Source: Deferribacterales bacterium
GTDB taxonomy: Bacteria; Chrysiogenota; Deferribacteres; Deferribacterales; Geovibrionaceae
Assembly: GCA_050251945.1 (NCBI GenBank)
Contig: JBFWLW010000007.1
Span: 1-64,000 of the forward strand
Direction: 5' to 3'
Length of the DNA stretch: 64,000 nucleotides
Made by a program: the position numbers and the translations under genes. Shown here in pieces: positions 40,437 through 51,173 of this stretch (the first letter of the stretch is position 1; the number at the start of each line of letters is the position of its first letter). The notes beneath the pieces were generated by a model. It was given only the letters and a program-made list of their open reading frames with translations, made no database searches and was not told the origin of the DNA.

Positions 40437-42275
40437 CTAAAGAGGATTTATTGCATGTTTCAGCAGCATGTTTATACGGGTATCCACTTTTGTATCTGAA
40501 CCGAGGTCGATAAAAGCTGTTTTGGATATTGCTTTTTTCGCTTCCTTTTTAAGCAGTGCAAGGGTATTGCTCAAATCGTCTGACGTGTAGTCCCTTTTTC
40601 CTTCGGGAAGCCTGATTATGGCGGCGCTGACGGAGAGCAGAGGAAACTGCCTGTCGTTGCCGTCCCTGTCCTTTGCCGTGTAGCATTTTGCGATCACCTC
40701 TTTAGGATCGTAAAATGATGCAGCGGTTTCAGTGAAGTCCTGAATAACTCTGTTTATCACCGCCATGACGTTAATCCCGCTTTCAGGGTCGCTGTTGTTG
40801 AAAGAAACCGCGCAGAAGAAATCGTCTCCCCCTATGTGTCCGATAAAGGTATTGGGTTCGGTTATTCTTTCACGCATTACTTCCGTGAACATCATGATGG
40901 CGCGGTCGCCCTGACGGAAACCGAAGCGGTCGTTGAACGGTTTGAAGTTATCAAAGTCGAAATATATGAAGACGTATGAGCTGTCCTCGTCCTTATAAGC
41001 TTTGTTCAGATAGTTGTTTATCAGGCTGTTGCCGGGCAGTTTCGTCAGCGGGTTCATATCTCTGGCAAACGCAAGGTTCTTTTCGTTAAGGGTGTTCAGA
41101 AGCGACTGAGCCGTCATGAAACCGTGATATTTCAGGTCTTTCGTGATCACGATGCCTTCGGATTCGGGGTTTGCCACATATATTTCAAGCATCTGTTCCA
41201 GCGGGATGGTTATCTCGATTATCGGGCATTTTTTCATGAATTTTTTTATGGACGGCGTGTGGCTTCTGTTGAAAAGAAGCTCTTTGCCGAACGGTTTGTA
41301 AAGGTACTGCTTCAGGTTTGTTTCGCTTATGATGCCCACAGGGATATTGTTTGCGTCCACAACCGGAACGAGATTAAGGTCGGGCTTAAGGCTTATCTTA
41401 TGCAGAAGCTCTTCCACGGAACCGTGTACGTCTATGGGGTCTATGTACACCATTTCGTTGCTGACGAGGTGCGCATCCTGTGTATCCAGCCTTCTGTTGT
41501 TGGCGAAGAGAGATTCGATGTGTCCGAAGACAGGGAGCATATCAGAAGTGTTCAGCGAGGGACGGGCGACGAAGTAGCCCTGAATGAGGTCAACGCCCAT
41601 GTCTCTGCATGAAAGGAACTCCCGTTCCGTCTCAATGCCCTCGGCGATGATGCTGATACCGAAGAAATGTGCAAGGTTTATTATATGCGTGCAGAACTTG
41701 CGCTTGCGCACATCCTTATGAATGTCCGAAACGAGGAAACGGTCGAGTTTTATAAAATCCGGTTCGCTGAAATAAAACAGTTCAAAGTTTGCGAAACCGG
41801 AGCCGAAGTCGTCGATGGCAATGCGGCAGCCGGAGGTTTTCGCACTGTTCAGCAGGCAGTTCATATTCTTGTCGTTCATCTTGTGGCGTTCGCTTATCTC
41901 GAAACAGAAAACGCCGGGGTCAAGCCCTATATCCTGCATTATGCGTCCTGACATGCCGGGTACGTATTCGTCCATGTCGGTGATACGAACGTCGAAATTA
42001 TAGAAGAGCTTTATCTTTTTATGATGAGGTATTAGCGTGAATTTTTCCACCGCTTTGCGCCTGAGTTCCAGATCCACAGGGAGAAGCACCCCGTCTTCAA
42101 ACGCCGCGTCGAAAAGATCAAATATGCCGTCAAATCCCGCTTTGTCCCATCCCCGAAGGAGTGCCTCCACAGCGAAAAGCCGTCCGCTCAGAGGGTTTAT
42201 GATGGGCTGAAAAGCGTGCTCAAGGTGAATAAGCCTTTTTTGCCAAGCTATCGGCAATTCCATTGTTTTTATCAT
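40437..42275 (-). CDS. EAL-CBS-GGDEF c-di-GMP turnover protein
   Basis: FQPI..EALLR, IDDFGSG, EGIE, QGY; CBS pair; NPLTKLPGN..GGDDF. Confidence 0.93.
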   Translation of the reverse strand: MIKTMELPIAWQKRLIHLEHAFQPIINPLSGRLFAVEALLRGWDKAGFDGIFDLFDAAFEDGVLLPVDLELRRKAVEKFTLIPHHKKIKLFYNFDVRITDMDEYVPGMSGRIMQDIGLDPGVFCFEISERHKMNDKNMNCLLNSAKTSGCRIAIDDFGSGFANFELFYFSEPDFIKLDRFLVSDIHKDVRKRKFCTHIINLAHFFGISIIAEGIETEREFLSCRDMGVDLIQGYFVARPSLNTSDMLPVFGHIESLFANNRRLDTQDAHLVSNEMVYIDPIDVHGSVEELLHKISLKPDLNLVPVVDANNIPVGIISETNLKQYLYKPFGKELLFNRSHTPSIKKFMKKCPIIEITIPLEQMLEIYVANPESEGIVITKDLKYHGFMTAQSLLNTLNEKNLAFARDMNPLTKLPGNSLINNYLNKAYKDEDSSYVFIYFDFDNFKPFNDRFGFRQGDRAIMMFTEVMRERITEPNTFIGHIGGDDFFCAVSFNNSDPESGINVMAVINRVIQDFTETAASFYDPKEVIAKCYTAKDRDGNDRQFPLLSVSAAIIRLPEGKRDYTSDDLSNTLALLKKEAKKAISKTAFIDLGSDTKVDTRINMLLKHAINPL

Positions 42276-42329
42276 ACCACTGTTAATAGTAGGTAGATGT
42301 CACAAAATTGTCAGACAATGTTAATTAAA

Positions 42330-42806
42330 TTATAAAAACAGATGTTTAAGCTTTTTCGCTCTGTAATTAAAAACGGCGTCCAGCTTACGGGCGACGTATC
42401 TGCCGATGAAAGGCCGGGAAAGGGCGGAGAGCGGCAGTATGTAATGGACGATATCCGTCATGAGGACACCGCCGCCTTGTTCCTTGAAGTGGTGTTCGTG
42501 GTGCCAGAGAGTATAAGGTCCTTTGCGCTGTTCGTCCACAAAGAAATACGGCTCGTTCACATGTGTTATCTCCGTCACCCACCAAACGGGCATCTTTGCG
42601 AATGGGTGGACTTTATATTGCACCATCATACCTTCGTACATCTTTTCCGGTACTTCGGACATTACCCGAAAATCAAGCCACGGCGGTGTGATGTCCGCCA
42701 GATTCATCGGGGATGAGAAGAAGCTCCATGCTTTTTCAATGGATATATTGAGCCGTTGCTCTCTTTTGAGTTGGTGTGCTTTCACAGATATAACCTTTTT
42801 TATCAA
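42330..42806 (-). CDS. SRPBCC family protein
   Basis: AWSFFSSPMNL..ITPP, WVTEITHV..FVDEQRKGPY..WHHEHHF; start uncertain. Confidence 0.85.
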   Translation of the reverse strand: MIKKVISVKAHQLKREQRLNISIEKAWSFFSSPMNLADITPPWLDFRVMSEVPEKMYEGMMVQYKVHPFAKMPVWWVTEITHVNEPYFFVDEQRKGPYTLWHHEHHFKEQGGGVLMTDIVHYILPLSALSRPFIGRYVARKLDAVFNYRAKKLKHLFL

Positions 42807-42882
42807 ACTTATTTTATTTGTTTGCGTCTTGGGAATATAATAGTAAAATTATATATACTTGCCGAAAAAAACAAGGAGACGA

Positions 42883-45531
42883 ATGATGAACAGAGAGCAA
42901 TTCAGAAGTCATTTTGAATTTGGCGGTCAGACATACGCCTATTACGACCTGAAAAAAGTTCGGGACGCAGGGATTGCGGATATACAGAAACTGCCTTTTT
43001 CTCTCAGGGTTTTATTGGAGAACCTTGTCAGGAATTTTGACGGAAAGATAGTTAAAGAGGACGCTGTTAAGGAGCTTGGAAAATGGAAAAAGTCCTATGC
43101 AGTGCCTTATGAGATACCATATCACCCTGCAAGAGTCATCATGCAGGATTATACCGGCGTTCCCGGTGTTGTTGACCTTGCCGCCATGCGCGATGCACTG
43201 GTTGAAAAGGGCAAAGACGCCTCATTCATCAACCCCCTTGTCCCTGTCGACCTCATCGTTGACCATTCGGTTCAGGTGGACTATTACGGAACATCTGATT
43301 CACTCGACAAGAACGTTAAAAGAGAATACGAGCGCAATGGCGAACGCTACGCTTTCCTGAAATGGGCGCAGGCAAGCTTTAACAATATGCGCATAGTACC
43401 ACCGAAATCAGGTATCTGCCATCAGGTGAATCTTGAATATCTCGGTCAGGTTGTTCTGAAAGGGGATGTTAACGGAGAAAAGACCGCATACTGCGACACT
43501 CTCGTCGGAACGGATTCACACACCACCATGATCAATGCCATCGGCGTTCTCGGCTGGGGTGTGGGCGGAATCGAGGCGGAAGCGGTAATGCTCGGTCAGC
43601 CTTATTATATGCCTATCCCCGAAGTTATCGGTCTGAGACTCACAGGGGAAATAGCTGAAGGGATCACCGGCACCGACGTGGTTCTTTCCATCACAGAGCT
43701 TCTGCGCAAGGCTAAAGTTGTGGAGAAATTCGTTGAGGTTTACGGACCCGGACTTAAATCACTCACTCTGCCGGACAGAGCCACCATATCAAACATGTCT
43801 CCCGAATTCGGTTCAACAATGGGCTTCTTCGCTGTTGACGACGAAACACTGCGTTATCTGCGCAATACGAACAGAAGCGACGTTGCCGGTTTCGTTGAGA
43901 ACTATACGAAAGCGAACCTGCTGTTTAACGACTATTCGCAGGAACCGGAATATACTCAGGTGCTGGAACTTGACCTCTCCACTGTCAAAAAGTGTATCGC
44001 AGGTCCCAAAAAGCCCCACCAGCACATTTCGCTGGACGCTGTTAAAGCGGCAGTTGCAAACGAGGTCGCGGCTCCCCGTTCATTTGACGTTGAGATGGAC
44101 GGCAAAAAATTCGCCCTTAGAGAGAGCGACGTGGTCATTGCCGCCATCACCTCCTGCACAAACACCTCAAACCCTTATGTTATGATAGGAGCGGGTCTTG
44201 TTGCTAAAAAAGCGGTAGAACTCGGTCTCACCATCAAGCCCTATGTGAAGACCAGCCTTGCTCCCGGTTCTAAAGTTGTCACAGACTATCTCCGCGAAGC
44301 GGGTGTTGACGTATTTTTCAATCAGCTCGGTTTTAACCTCGCCGCTTACGGATGCACAACATGTATCGGCAACGCCGGACCTCTTAAACCGGAGCTTGAA
44401 AAGGTTATCAAAGAGAACAAGCTGAACGTGGCATCAGTGCTTTCCGGCAACAGAAACTTTGAAGCAAGAATCCACCCCCTCGTTCGTCAGAACTACCTCG
44501 CGTCACCGATGCTGGTTGTTGTTTACGCACTTGCGGGAACAATGGATATTGACCTCTATAAAGACCCCATCGGAAAGTCGAAAGACGGTGAAGACGTTTA
44601 TATGAAAGACGTTTTCCCTTCAAACGACGAAATCTGGGCGCTGGTGAACAAATGCGTTACCAACGAGCAGTATAAACAACGCTACAGCGAGATTCTGGAC
44701 GGCGACGAGAACTGGAGAGCGCTCCCTACTGTCAAAGGCAGTATCTACGACTGGGACGCAAAATCGACATACATCAGAAGACCCCCGTTTTTCGAGGATT
44801 TCAGCCTGACACCCGTTATTCCGGGCGATATCAAAGGCGCGAAACCTCTGTGTATGCTTGGCGACACCATCACAACCGACCACATTTCACCAGCCGGCAG
44901 TATCCCTGCGGATTATCCGGCAGGAAAATACCTTCAGGATAATGGAGTTACGCCGTTTGATTTCAACTCGTACGGTGCAAGACGCGGCAACCATGAGGTC
45001 ATGATGCGCGGAACGCTTGCGAACGTACGCATTGCGAACAAGCTTGCCGAACCGAAAGAGGGCGGTTTCACACGCCATATGCCCGACGGCGAAGAGATGT
45101 ATATCTATGATGCCGCCATGAAATATATAAAAGAGAGTGTGCCTTCGATAATCCTCGGCGGAAAGGAATACGGTTCCGGTTCGTCACGTGACTGGGCGGC
45201 TAAAGGAACTGTTCTGCTCGGCGTTAAAGGCGTTATAGCTGAAAGCTTTGAGCGTATCCACAGAAGCAACCTTGCGGGTATGGGCGTTCTTCCCATGGTG
45301 TTCACAAACGGAGACGGCTGGAAAACACTGGGATTGGACGGCACAGAGACCTATGACGTTGCCGGTGTTGACAAGGTATCACCCAGATGCACACTGAAAG
45401 TGACCGCCAAAAAAGCGGACGGCAAAGAGATCAAATTTGACGTCATGTGCCGTCTGGATACTGAGATTGAGATTGAATATTTCAGACACGGCGGTATTTT
45501 GCCCTATGTTCTCAGGAACATGGCGAAATAA
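42883..45531 (+). CDS. acnA: Aconitate hydratase A
   Basis: QDYTGVP, DSHTTM, ITSCTNTSNP, GCTTCIGN, TTDHISP, GSGSSRDWAAKG. Confidence 0.98.
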   Translation: MMNREQFRSHFEFGGQTYAYYDLKKVRDAGIADIQKLPFSLRVLLENLVRNFDGKIVKEDAVKELGKWKKSYAVPYEIPYHPARVIMQDYTGVPGVVDLAAMRDALVEKGKDASFINPLVPVDLIVDHSVQVDYYGTSDSLDKNVKREYERNGERYAFLKWAQASFNNMRIVPPKSGICHQVNLEYLGQVVLKGDVNGEKTAYCDTLVGTDSHTTMINAIGVLGWGVGGIEAEAVMLGQPYYMPIPEVIGLRLTGEIAEGITGTDVVLSITELLRKAKVVEKFVEVYGPGLKSLTLPDRATISNMSPEFGSTMGFFAVDDETLRYLRNTNRSDVAGFVENYTKANLLFNDYSQEPEYTQVLELDLSTVKKCIAGPKKPHQHISLDAVKAAVANEVAAPRSFDVEMDGKKFALRESDVVIAAITSCTNTSNPYVMIGAGLVAKKAVELGLTIKPYVKTSLAPGSKVVTDYLREAGVDVFFNQLGFNLAAYGCTTCIGNAGPLKPELEKVIKENKLNVASVLSGNRNFEARIHPLVRQNYLASPMLVVVYALAGTMDIDLYKDPIGKSKDGEDVYMKDVFPSNDEIWALVNKCVTNEQYKQRYSEILDGDENWRALPTVKGSIYDWDAKSTYIRRPPFFEDFSLTPVIPGDIKGAKPLCMLGDTITTDHISPAGSIPADYPAGKYLQDNGVTPFDFNSYGARRGNHEVMMRGTLANVRIANKLAEPKEGGFTRHMPDGEEMYIYDAAMKYIKESVPSIILGGKEYGSGSSRDWAAKGTVLLGVKGVIAESFERIHRSNLAGMGVLPMVFTNGDGWKTLGLDGTETYDVAGVDKVSPRCTLKVTAKKADGKEIKFDVMCRLDTEIEIEYFRHGGILPYVLRNMAK

Positions 45532-45575
45532 CCGTTATCGGATACAAACTTTTAAGGCAGGGGAAACCCTGCCTT

Positions 45576-45715
45576 CTGATCGTTGACGAACTTGTTAAAA
45601 GTTAATGAGATTGCCGCGTCAGCCTACAGCTTCCTCGCAATGACAGCAATTTACGTCTTCGCGAGGAGTGCATGCGACGACGCGATCTCGCATTTTACTG
45701 ACTTTGTCATCAGTC
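45576..45715 (-). mobile_element. MITE-like element copy D (inverted), 24-bp terminator duplication
   Basis: CTGATCGTTGACGAA..TTTGTCATCAGTC; TTAAGGCAKGGGAAACCCTGCCTT at 45552-75 and 45716-39. Confidence 0.88.
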
Positions 45716-45803
45716 TTAAGGCATGGGAAACCCTGCCTTTTCTGTTTTATTTTGCCAGAAAAGGTCTATACTGTTCTGATATACTGATATCGAGGATATT
45801 AAT

Positions 45804-46496
45804 ATGTTCCTTTTGATAAAGACCGGCAGCACCATGAGAGACCTTTCAATACATTACGGTGATTTTGAAGACTGGATGATAAGGTACATGGCGGTAATGA
45901 GGCAGCAGGTAAAAATTGTTGACGTACAAAAGAGTACGCTGCCGAAGCCGGATGATTTCGACGGGATACTCATAACAGGCGCCCACGAGATGGTCACAGA
46001 CCGCCACGAGTGGAGCGAAATGACAGCAAAATGGCTGAAAGAAGCAGTTGCAAAGGAGATCCCCATAATGGGCGTTTGCTATGGACACCAGCTTCTTGCT
46101 CATGCCATGGGCGGCATTGTGGGTGATCACCCTAAGGGACCGGAGATAGGAACTGTTGATATCAATCTTACACCGGAAGCAAAGAAAGATCCGGTTTTCA
46201 AATCCATGCCAAAATCTTTCAAAGCGCACGTTACACACACTCAGTCTGTTCTGACACTGCCCGAAGGTGCTGTTCTTCTTGCCGAAAACGATTACGAACC
46301 CCATCATGCTTTCAGAATCGGAAAAAACGCATGGGGAGTACAGTTTCACCCGGAATATGATTCAATCATCAGCAGGGAATATGCCCTGTTTCAGAAAAAT
46401 AAGCTGGTTAACCCTGAGTCAATATTGTGTTCAATTAGCGAAACTCTTGAAGCAAATGCACTTTTAAGTAAATTTATTGAGTATTGTTCCGAATAA
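45804..46496 (+). CDS. Class I glutamine amidotransferase-like protein
   Basis: ITGA, GVCYGHQ, QFHPE triad. Confidence 0.92.
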   Translation: MFLLIKTGSTMRDLSIHYGDFEDWMIRYMAVMRQQVKIVDVQKSTLPKPDDFDGILITGAHEMVTDRHEWSEMTAKWLKEAVAKEIPIMGVCYGHQLLAHAMGGIVGDHPKGPEIGTVDINLTPEAKKDPVFKSMPKSFKAHVTHTQSVLTLPEGAVLLAENDYEPHHAFRIGKNAWGVQFHPEYDSIISREYALFQKNKLVNPESILCSISETLEANALLSKFIEYCSE

Positions 46497-46598
46497 TACT
46501 GTATAATTATGTAAATTAATTTTATCGTTGACGAACGGAAAAATAATCTCATATTGAAAAGTACACAATTAAAGTCTCTTTATTATTTGAGGTGTGTT

Positions 46599-48413
46599 AT
46601 GCTGAACAACATGAAGCTTTCTCTTAAGCTTACACTCGGATTCGGAATCGTTCTGGCGTTTCTCGTGATTATGGGGGTAATAAGTTATTTCAAGATCACG
46701 GGAATAGCAAACCAATCTAAAAAAATGGATACTATCTCTAATGTGCAGAATGCAATATATGAAGCACGTCTTGCCAGATATATGTATTCAAACACGGATG
46801 ATGCGGTATATGCCGCAAAAACAATTGATAACCTGAAACTCGCCCGCAAACTTATCGAGGACGGGTACAGTGAGTTCCCTGAAATGAAGGATGACGAGAG
46901 TATCCAGAAGATACTTGCTTCTGTGGATATTTATAATTCAGATTTTGAGAGGTTCTCCAAAGCAGAAGAACTGAAAATGCAGCTTCTGGAAGAAATGACA
47001 AATGTAGGTCATGACGCTATGAACGCTGCTACAGCATCCGGAGCGGACAATGTGTATAAACAGCTTCTGCTTATGCGTATTGAAGTTCTGAGGTTTATGA
47101 CCAGCAAAAAACCCACAGCAGGGGAAGTGGAAAAACAGTCTAAAATAGCAAAAACATCTGCAGACTCAATGCCCAAGGTTGCCGAGTTGGTGGATGAATA
47201 CAAAGAGGCTTTCGACAAATGGGCAGCAGCTAACGATGAACAGAGAAACATACAAAATGAAATGGGAAAAGCTGCAACGGAAGCACAGGATATGACAGTC
47301 GTGGTTGTTAACCATGAAAAAGAAGCTATGAACTCAAGTATCACTTTTGCGGTTATCGTGATCGCGGTATTTTCTCTGGCGTCACTTGGTCTCGGACTTT
47401 TGATCTCGGTGCTGATAACCCGTTCGCTTGTCGTTCCCATGGGCAAGGCAATGGATTTCGCCTCTAACCTTTCAAAAGGCGATTTCTCCAAACCCCTCGA
47501 CATCCGTCAGACCGACGAGATAGGTCATCTTGCAACGGCTATGGAGGACATGAGACTGAAACTGAAAGAGATCATAGAGGGTATCATACTTTCGGCAAAC
47601 TCTCTGGCATCCGGCAGTACAGAGCTTGCAAGCACTACTGAGGAACTGGCAAGTACGTTCTCCGAACAGTCACAGCAGGTTTCATCAGTTGCCTCCGCAG
47701 TGGAGGAGATAAGCACCTCTTCGGCACTTGTGATGCAGTCGATACATGAGGTTTCAGACAAGTCGTCCGCTGCAAAAGACCTCACAGCCGAAGGACAGAA
47801 GCATATAGTATCTGCTAACGACGTTATGGGCGACATACGTAAAAACGTTTCAGAACTCAGCACAACCGTTGCCGGACTGGCAAAGTCTTCTGAGGACATA
47901 GGCAGCATCCTGCTTGTTATAAACGACATAGCAGATCAGACAAACCTGCTGGCGCTCAACGCGGCTATCGAAGCGGCAAGAGCTGGCGAGCATGGACGCG
48001 GTTTCGCAGTTGTTGCGGACGAAGTCCGTAAGCTTGCCGAGCGTACTCAACAGTCAACAGAGGAGATTCGTTCGATCATCTCCCTGTTTGTAAAAGAGAC
48101 TGCCAGAACCAACACAGAGATGATAGCGGCAGGTAAAAAGGTTGAAACCGGCGCAGAAAAACTGAACGTGGTTGACCAGATATTTGAAAAGATAGTGGAA
48201 TCAGTTAATGATATATCAACCTCAAGCTCTATGATAACAACCGCTGTTGGTGAACAGGCGCAGGCAATAACCAACATAAACGACAATACGCAGGTAATTT
48301 CAAGCGGTCTGGAGCAGAGTACGGCTGCTATTACACAGGTTTCTCATACTGTTGCGGATCTGCAGAAACAGGCGGATGAGCAGATGGATGGAACCAGAAT
48401 ATTTAAGATATAA
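46599..48413 (+). CDS. Methyl-accepting chemotaxis protein (helical periplasmic sensor)
   Basis: TM-helical domain-TM-HAMP (TDEIGHL); MCP core motif. Confidence 0.95.
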   Translation: MLNNMKLSLKLTLGFGIVLAFLVIMGVISYFKITGIANQSKKMDTISNVQNAIYEARLARYMYSNTDDAVYAAKTIDNLKLARKLIEDGYSEFPEMKDDESIQKILASVDIYNSDFERFSKAEELKMQLLEEMTNVGHDAMNAATASGADNVYKQLLLMRIEVLRFMTSKKPTAGEVEKQSKIAKTSADSMPKVAELVDEYKEAFDKWAAANDEQRNIQNEMGKAATEAQDMTVVVVNHEKEAMNSSITFAVIVIAVFSLASLGLGLLISVLITRSLVVPMGKAMDFASNLSKGDFSKPLDIRQTDEIGHLATAMEDMRLKLKEIIEGIILSANSLASGSTELASTTEELASTFSEQSQQVSSVASAVEEISTSSALVMQSIHEVSDKSSAAKDLTAEGQKHIVSANDVMGDIRKNVSELSTTVAGLAKSSEDIGSILLVINDIADQTNLLALNAAIEAARAGEHGRGFAVVADEVRKLAERTQQSTEEIRSIISLFVKETARTNTEMIAAGKKVETGAEKLNVVDQIFEKIVESVNDISTSSSMITTAVGEQAQAITNINDNTQVISSGLEQSTAAITQVSHTVADLQKQADEQMDGTRIFKI

Positions 48414-48450
48414 TACGGCGCTTATAACGCTTCGCATCCCGGCGTTGTCT

Positions 48451-48540
48451 GTTTCAGGATGAAACACGCTTGCGTGAGTGAAGGGAGGCTTTGCCGACCG
48501 GAGAGTTGGCGAAATTTTTCCAAGGATGGATAAAATTTCG
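48451..48540 (+). repeat. Structured repeat family 3, copy 1
   Basis: Near-identical to the reverse complement of 54788-54878; four hairpins. Confidence 0.85.
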
Positions 48541-48552
48541 GAAATAAATAGG

Positions 48553-48582
48553 AAAGGCGACCAATCGGTCGCCTTTATTTTT
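48553..48582. terminator. Bidirectional intrinsic terminator
   Basis: AAAGGCGACC-AATC-GGTCGCCTTT between convergent genes. Confidence 0.8.
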
Positions 48583-48584
48583 GT

Positions 48585-49310
48585 TTAAAGTACCTGACTT
48601 AAAAAGAGCTTCAATCTGTCGCTCTTCGGGTTGTTGAACACTTCAGCGGGTGTTCCTTCCTCAACCTTGAGTCCGTCGTCCATAAAGATAACTCTGTCCG
48701 CCATTTCGCGGGCAAACCCCATCTCGTGTGTTACGACGACCATTGTCATTCCCTCTTTTGCGAGGGTTTTCATAACATCCAGAACCTCGCCGATCATTTC
48801 GGGGTCAAGAGCCGACGTGGGTTCGTCAAAGAGCATGACCTTCGGACGCATAGCAAGTGCGCGCGCAATGGCAACCCTTTGCTGCTGACCGCCGGAAAGC
48901 TGGCTGGGGTAGCAGTCGCGTTTATCCGACAGACCGACCTTTTTAAGAAGTTCGGCGGCGATTGTTTCTGCCTCGTTTTTTTTCAGCTTTTTAACCTTGA
49001 TAGGCGCAAGGGTGATGTTCTGAAGAACAGTTTTATGCGGGAACAGGTTGAACGCCTGAAACACCATACCCACGTTTTCGCGCAGGTTGTTTATATTCGT
49101 TTTGGGGTGTGTGAGCGACTGACCGTCGATGGCTATTTCGCCCTCCTGCACTTCCTCAAGAAGGTTCAGGGTGCGAAGCATGGTGGACTTACCGGAACCT
49201 GAAGGTCCGATTATAACCAGAACCTCGCTCTTTGTCACGTCCAGAGAAACGCCTTTCAGCGCCTTAACACCGTTGGGATATATCTTGACTACGTTTTCAG
49301 CTTTAATCAT
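48585..49310 (-). CDS. Polar amino acid ABC transporter ATP-binding protein
   Basis: [27 protein letters not shown]. Confidence 0.96.
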   Translation of the reverse strand: MIKAENVVKIYPNGVKALKGVSLDVTKSEVLVIIGPSGSGKSTMLRTLNLLEEVQEGEIAIDGQSLTHPKTNINNLRENVGMVFQAFNLFPHKTVLQNITLAPIKVKKLKKNEAETIAAELLKKVGLSDKRDCYPSQLSGGQQQRVAIARALAMRPKVMLFDEPTSALDPEMIGEVLDVMKTLAKEGMTMVVVTHEMGFAREMADRVIFMDDGLKVEEGTPAEVFNNPKSDRLKLFLSQVL

Positions 49311-49322
49311 GTTACCGCCTCC

Positions 49323-50270
49323 TTACCTGTCCTGCGCAGCCATTCTCTTTTCCAGAAGCTGGACAAAGAATGACAGACCGGATGTCAGAATGAGATAGAG
49401 TGCCGCAACTGTAAACCAGACCTCGAAGGGGCTGAAAGTTGAGGCGACGACCTCTCTTCCCGCTTTGGTAAGATCGGTGATGGATATAACGGATACCAGC
49501 GATGAATCTTTGATAAGAGATATAAACTGACCCGCCATGGGTGGAAGCGTCCTTTTGAACGCCTGCGGCAGGATCACCAGTGCCATTGCCTGTGTATAGC
49601 TCATACCAAGGCTTCGTGCCGCTTCCATCTGACCGCGTGAAATGGACTGTATGCCCGCGCGGACTATCTCGGCTATGTATGCCCCCGTGAATACCGACAG
49701 AGCGGCGATACCCGCCGTAACCCTGTCAAGGTTCAGAATGGTTCCGATAAAGAAATAGAATATGAATATCTGCACCAGAAGGGGGGTGCCTCTGATGAGC
49801 TCGATGTAAAGCACGGAAAGTTTCTTAAAGAACGGGTTGCCCGAAACCCTTGCAAGCCCCGTTACGATACCCAAAATTATCGCAAAAATTATAGCGAAGA
49901 AGGAGATGTAAAGTGTAGTAAACAGGCCCACCACGAGCGGGCCTGCTTTTGTTGAACTTGTTTCAGCAAGGGTGCTTCCTTTTGTGACAGTGTCGCCGTT
50001 TTTGACCTTTATACCGTCAAGACCTTCAAAACTGACTGCATCACCTCTTTCTGCGGGAACAATACTGAGTTTTGAACCCTCTATTGTAACGGTTCCGTCA
50101 ACAGGTGCGGCTGTGGTCTGGCTGTCCGTATAGAAAATATACTTCGGAAGCCTCTCCCATCGCCATGTGTAATCAATCTTAACGGATGCGCCGTAAATTC
50201 CGAATCCCAGAAGGAATAGGAAAACGACCAGCAGTCCGTTCCAAATTAGGTTTTTAGTTTTCGATGTCAC
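49323..50270 (-). CDS. Polar amino acid ABC transporter permease
   Basis: RGTPLLVQ, AYIAEIVRAGI..GQMEAARSLG, KDSSL. Confidence 0.95.
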   Translation of the reverse strand: MTSKTKNLIWNGLLVVFLFLLGFGIYGASVKIDYTWRWERLPKYIFYTDSQTTAAPVDGTVTIEGSKLSIVPAERGDAVSFEGLDGIKVKNGDTVTKGSTLAETSSTKAGPLVVGLFTTLYISFFAIIFAIILGIVTGLARVSGNPFFKKLSVLYIELIRGTPLLVQIFIFYFFIGTILNLDRVTAGIAALSVFTGAYIAEIVRAGIQSISRGQMEAARSLGMSYTQAMALVILPQAFKRTLPPMAGQFISLIKDSSLVSVISITDLTKAGREVVASTFSPFEVWFTVAALYLILTSGLSFFVQLLEKRMAAQDR

Positions 50271-50293
50271 TTGAAAGCACTCCTGAATTTTAA

Positions 50294-51163
50294 TTACTGG
50301 ATATCAGCCAGCCAGTCTGTGGAGCCGAACCACTTGTCATAAGCGACCTGATATCTGCCGTCGCCTTTGATCTGAGCAAGGTAGTTGTTCAGGAAGTTAA
50401 CGAAGTCGGGATCACCTTTGCGAACAGCCCAAGCCAGAGGTTCAAAAGTGAAGGGCTGGTCAAGGAAAACGAGTTTATCTTTGTTCTGAGCATAGAAAAT
50501 AGCGTTGTAGGGCAGGTCATAAACGAAAGCGTCAGCTTTGCCGTTCAGAACTTCCATAGCGCCTTCCTGCTCTGTTTCATAAAGCTTGATGTTTGCTTTG
50601 CCCATGTATTTTTTAGATGCATAGTCAGCAGTTACACCGAGCTTTGTTGCGATGTTGTATTTGGGGTCGTCAAGGTCTTTGTAAGACTTAACTTTGCCTT
50701 CAAGGTCCTTTCTGATGAAGATAGTCTGACCGACCACGATGTAGGGGTCGCAGAAGTTAACCTGAAGGTTTCTCTGGGGAGTGATGGTCATTCCTGACAT
50801 GATGATGTCGTATTTGTCGGTGAGCAGAGCGGGGATGATACCGTCCCATGCAGTGTTGACAAGCTCAAGCTTTACGCCCATATCTTCAGCCATCATTTTT
50901 GCGATCTCAACATCGAAACCGACGATGTCGCCGTTTTTGCTTTTCAGCTCGAAGGGCATGTAGCCGGCTTCAAGACCGACCCTGAGAACTTTGTTCTTAA
51001 GGATTTTGTTGAGAGTGGACTTTTCCCAGATTCCTGATGAAGCAGCGCCGTCAGCGGGAGCGGCTGTTGCACCGGACTCTTTTTTTTCGGAACCGCAACC
51101 GGCAAGCAGCAGAGCCAGCGTAAGCACGGCAGCGTAAAACACTGATACGATGAATTTCTTCAT
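50294..51163 (-). CDS. Polar amino acid ABC transporter substrate-binding lipoprotein
   Basis: Lipobox LAGC, YMPFE, GFDVE, WDGIIPAL, GMTITPQR. Confidence 0.95.
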   Translation of the reverse strand: MKKFIVSVFYAAVLTLALLLAGCGSEKKESGATAAPADGAASSGIWEKSTLNKILKNKVLRVGLEAGYMPFELKSKNGDIVGFDVEIAKMMAEDMGVKLELVNTAWDGIIPALLTDKYDIIMSGMTITPQRNLQVNFCDPYIVVGQTIFIRKDLEGKVKSYKDLDDPKYNIATKLGVTADYASKKYMGKANIKLYETEQEGAMEVLNGKADAFVYDLPYNAIFYAQNKDKLVFLDQPFTFEPLAWAVRKGDPDFVNFLNNYLAQIKGDGRYQVAYDKWFGSTDWLADIQ

Positions 51164-51173
51164 ATATGCCTCC

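Noticed and set aside
48451..48540. Family 3 as a hammerhead ribozyme
   Set aside because: Lacks the CUGAUGA core in the required arrangement
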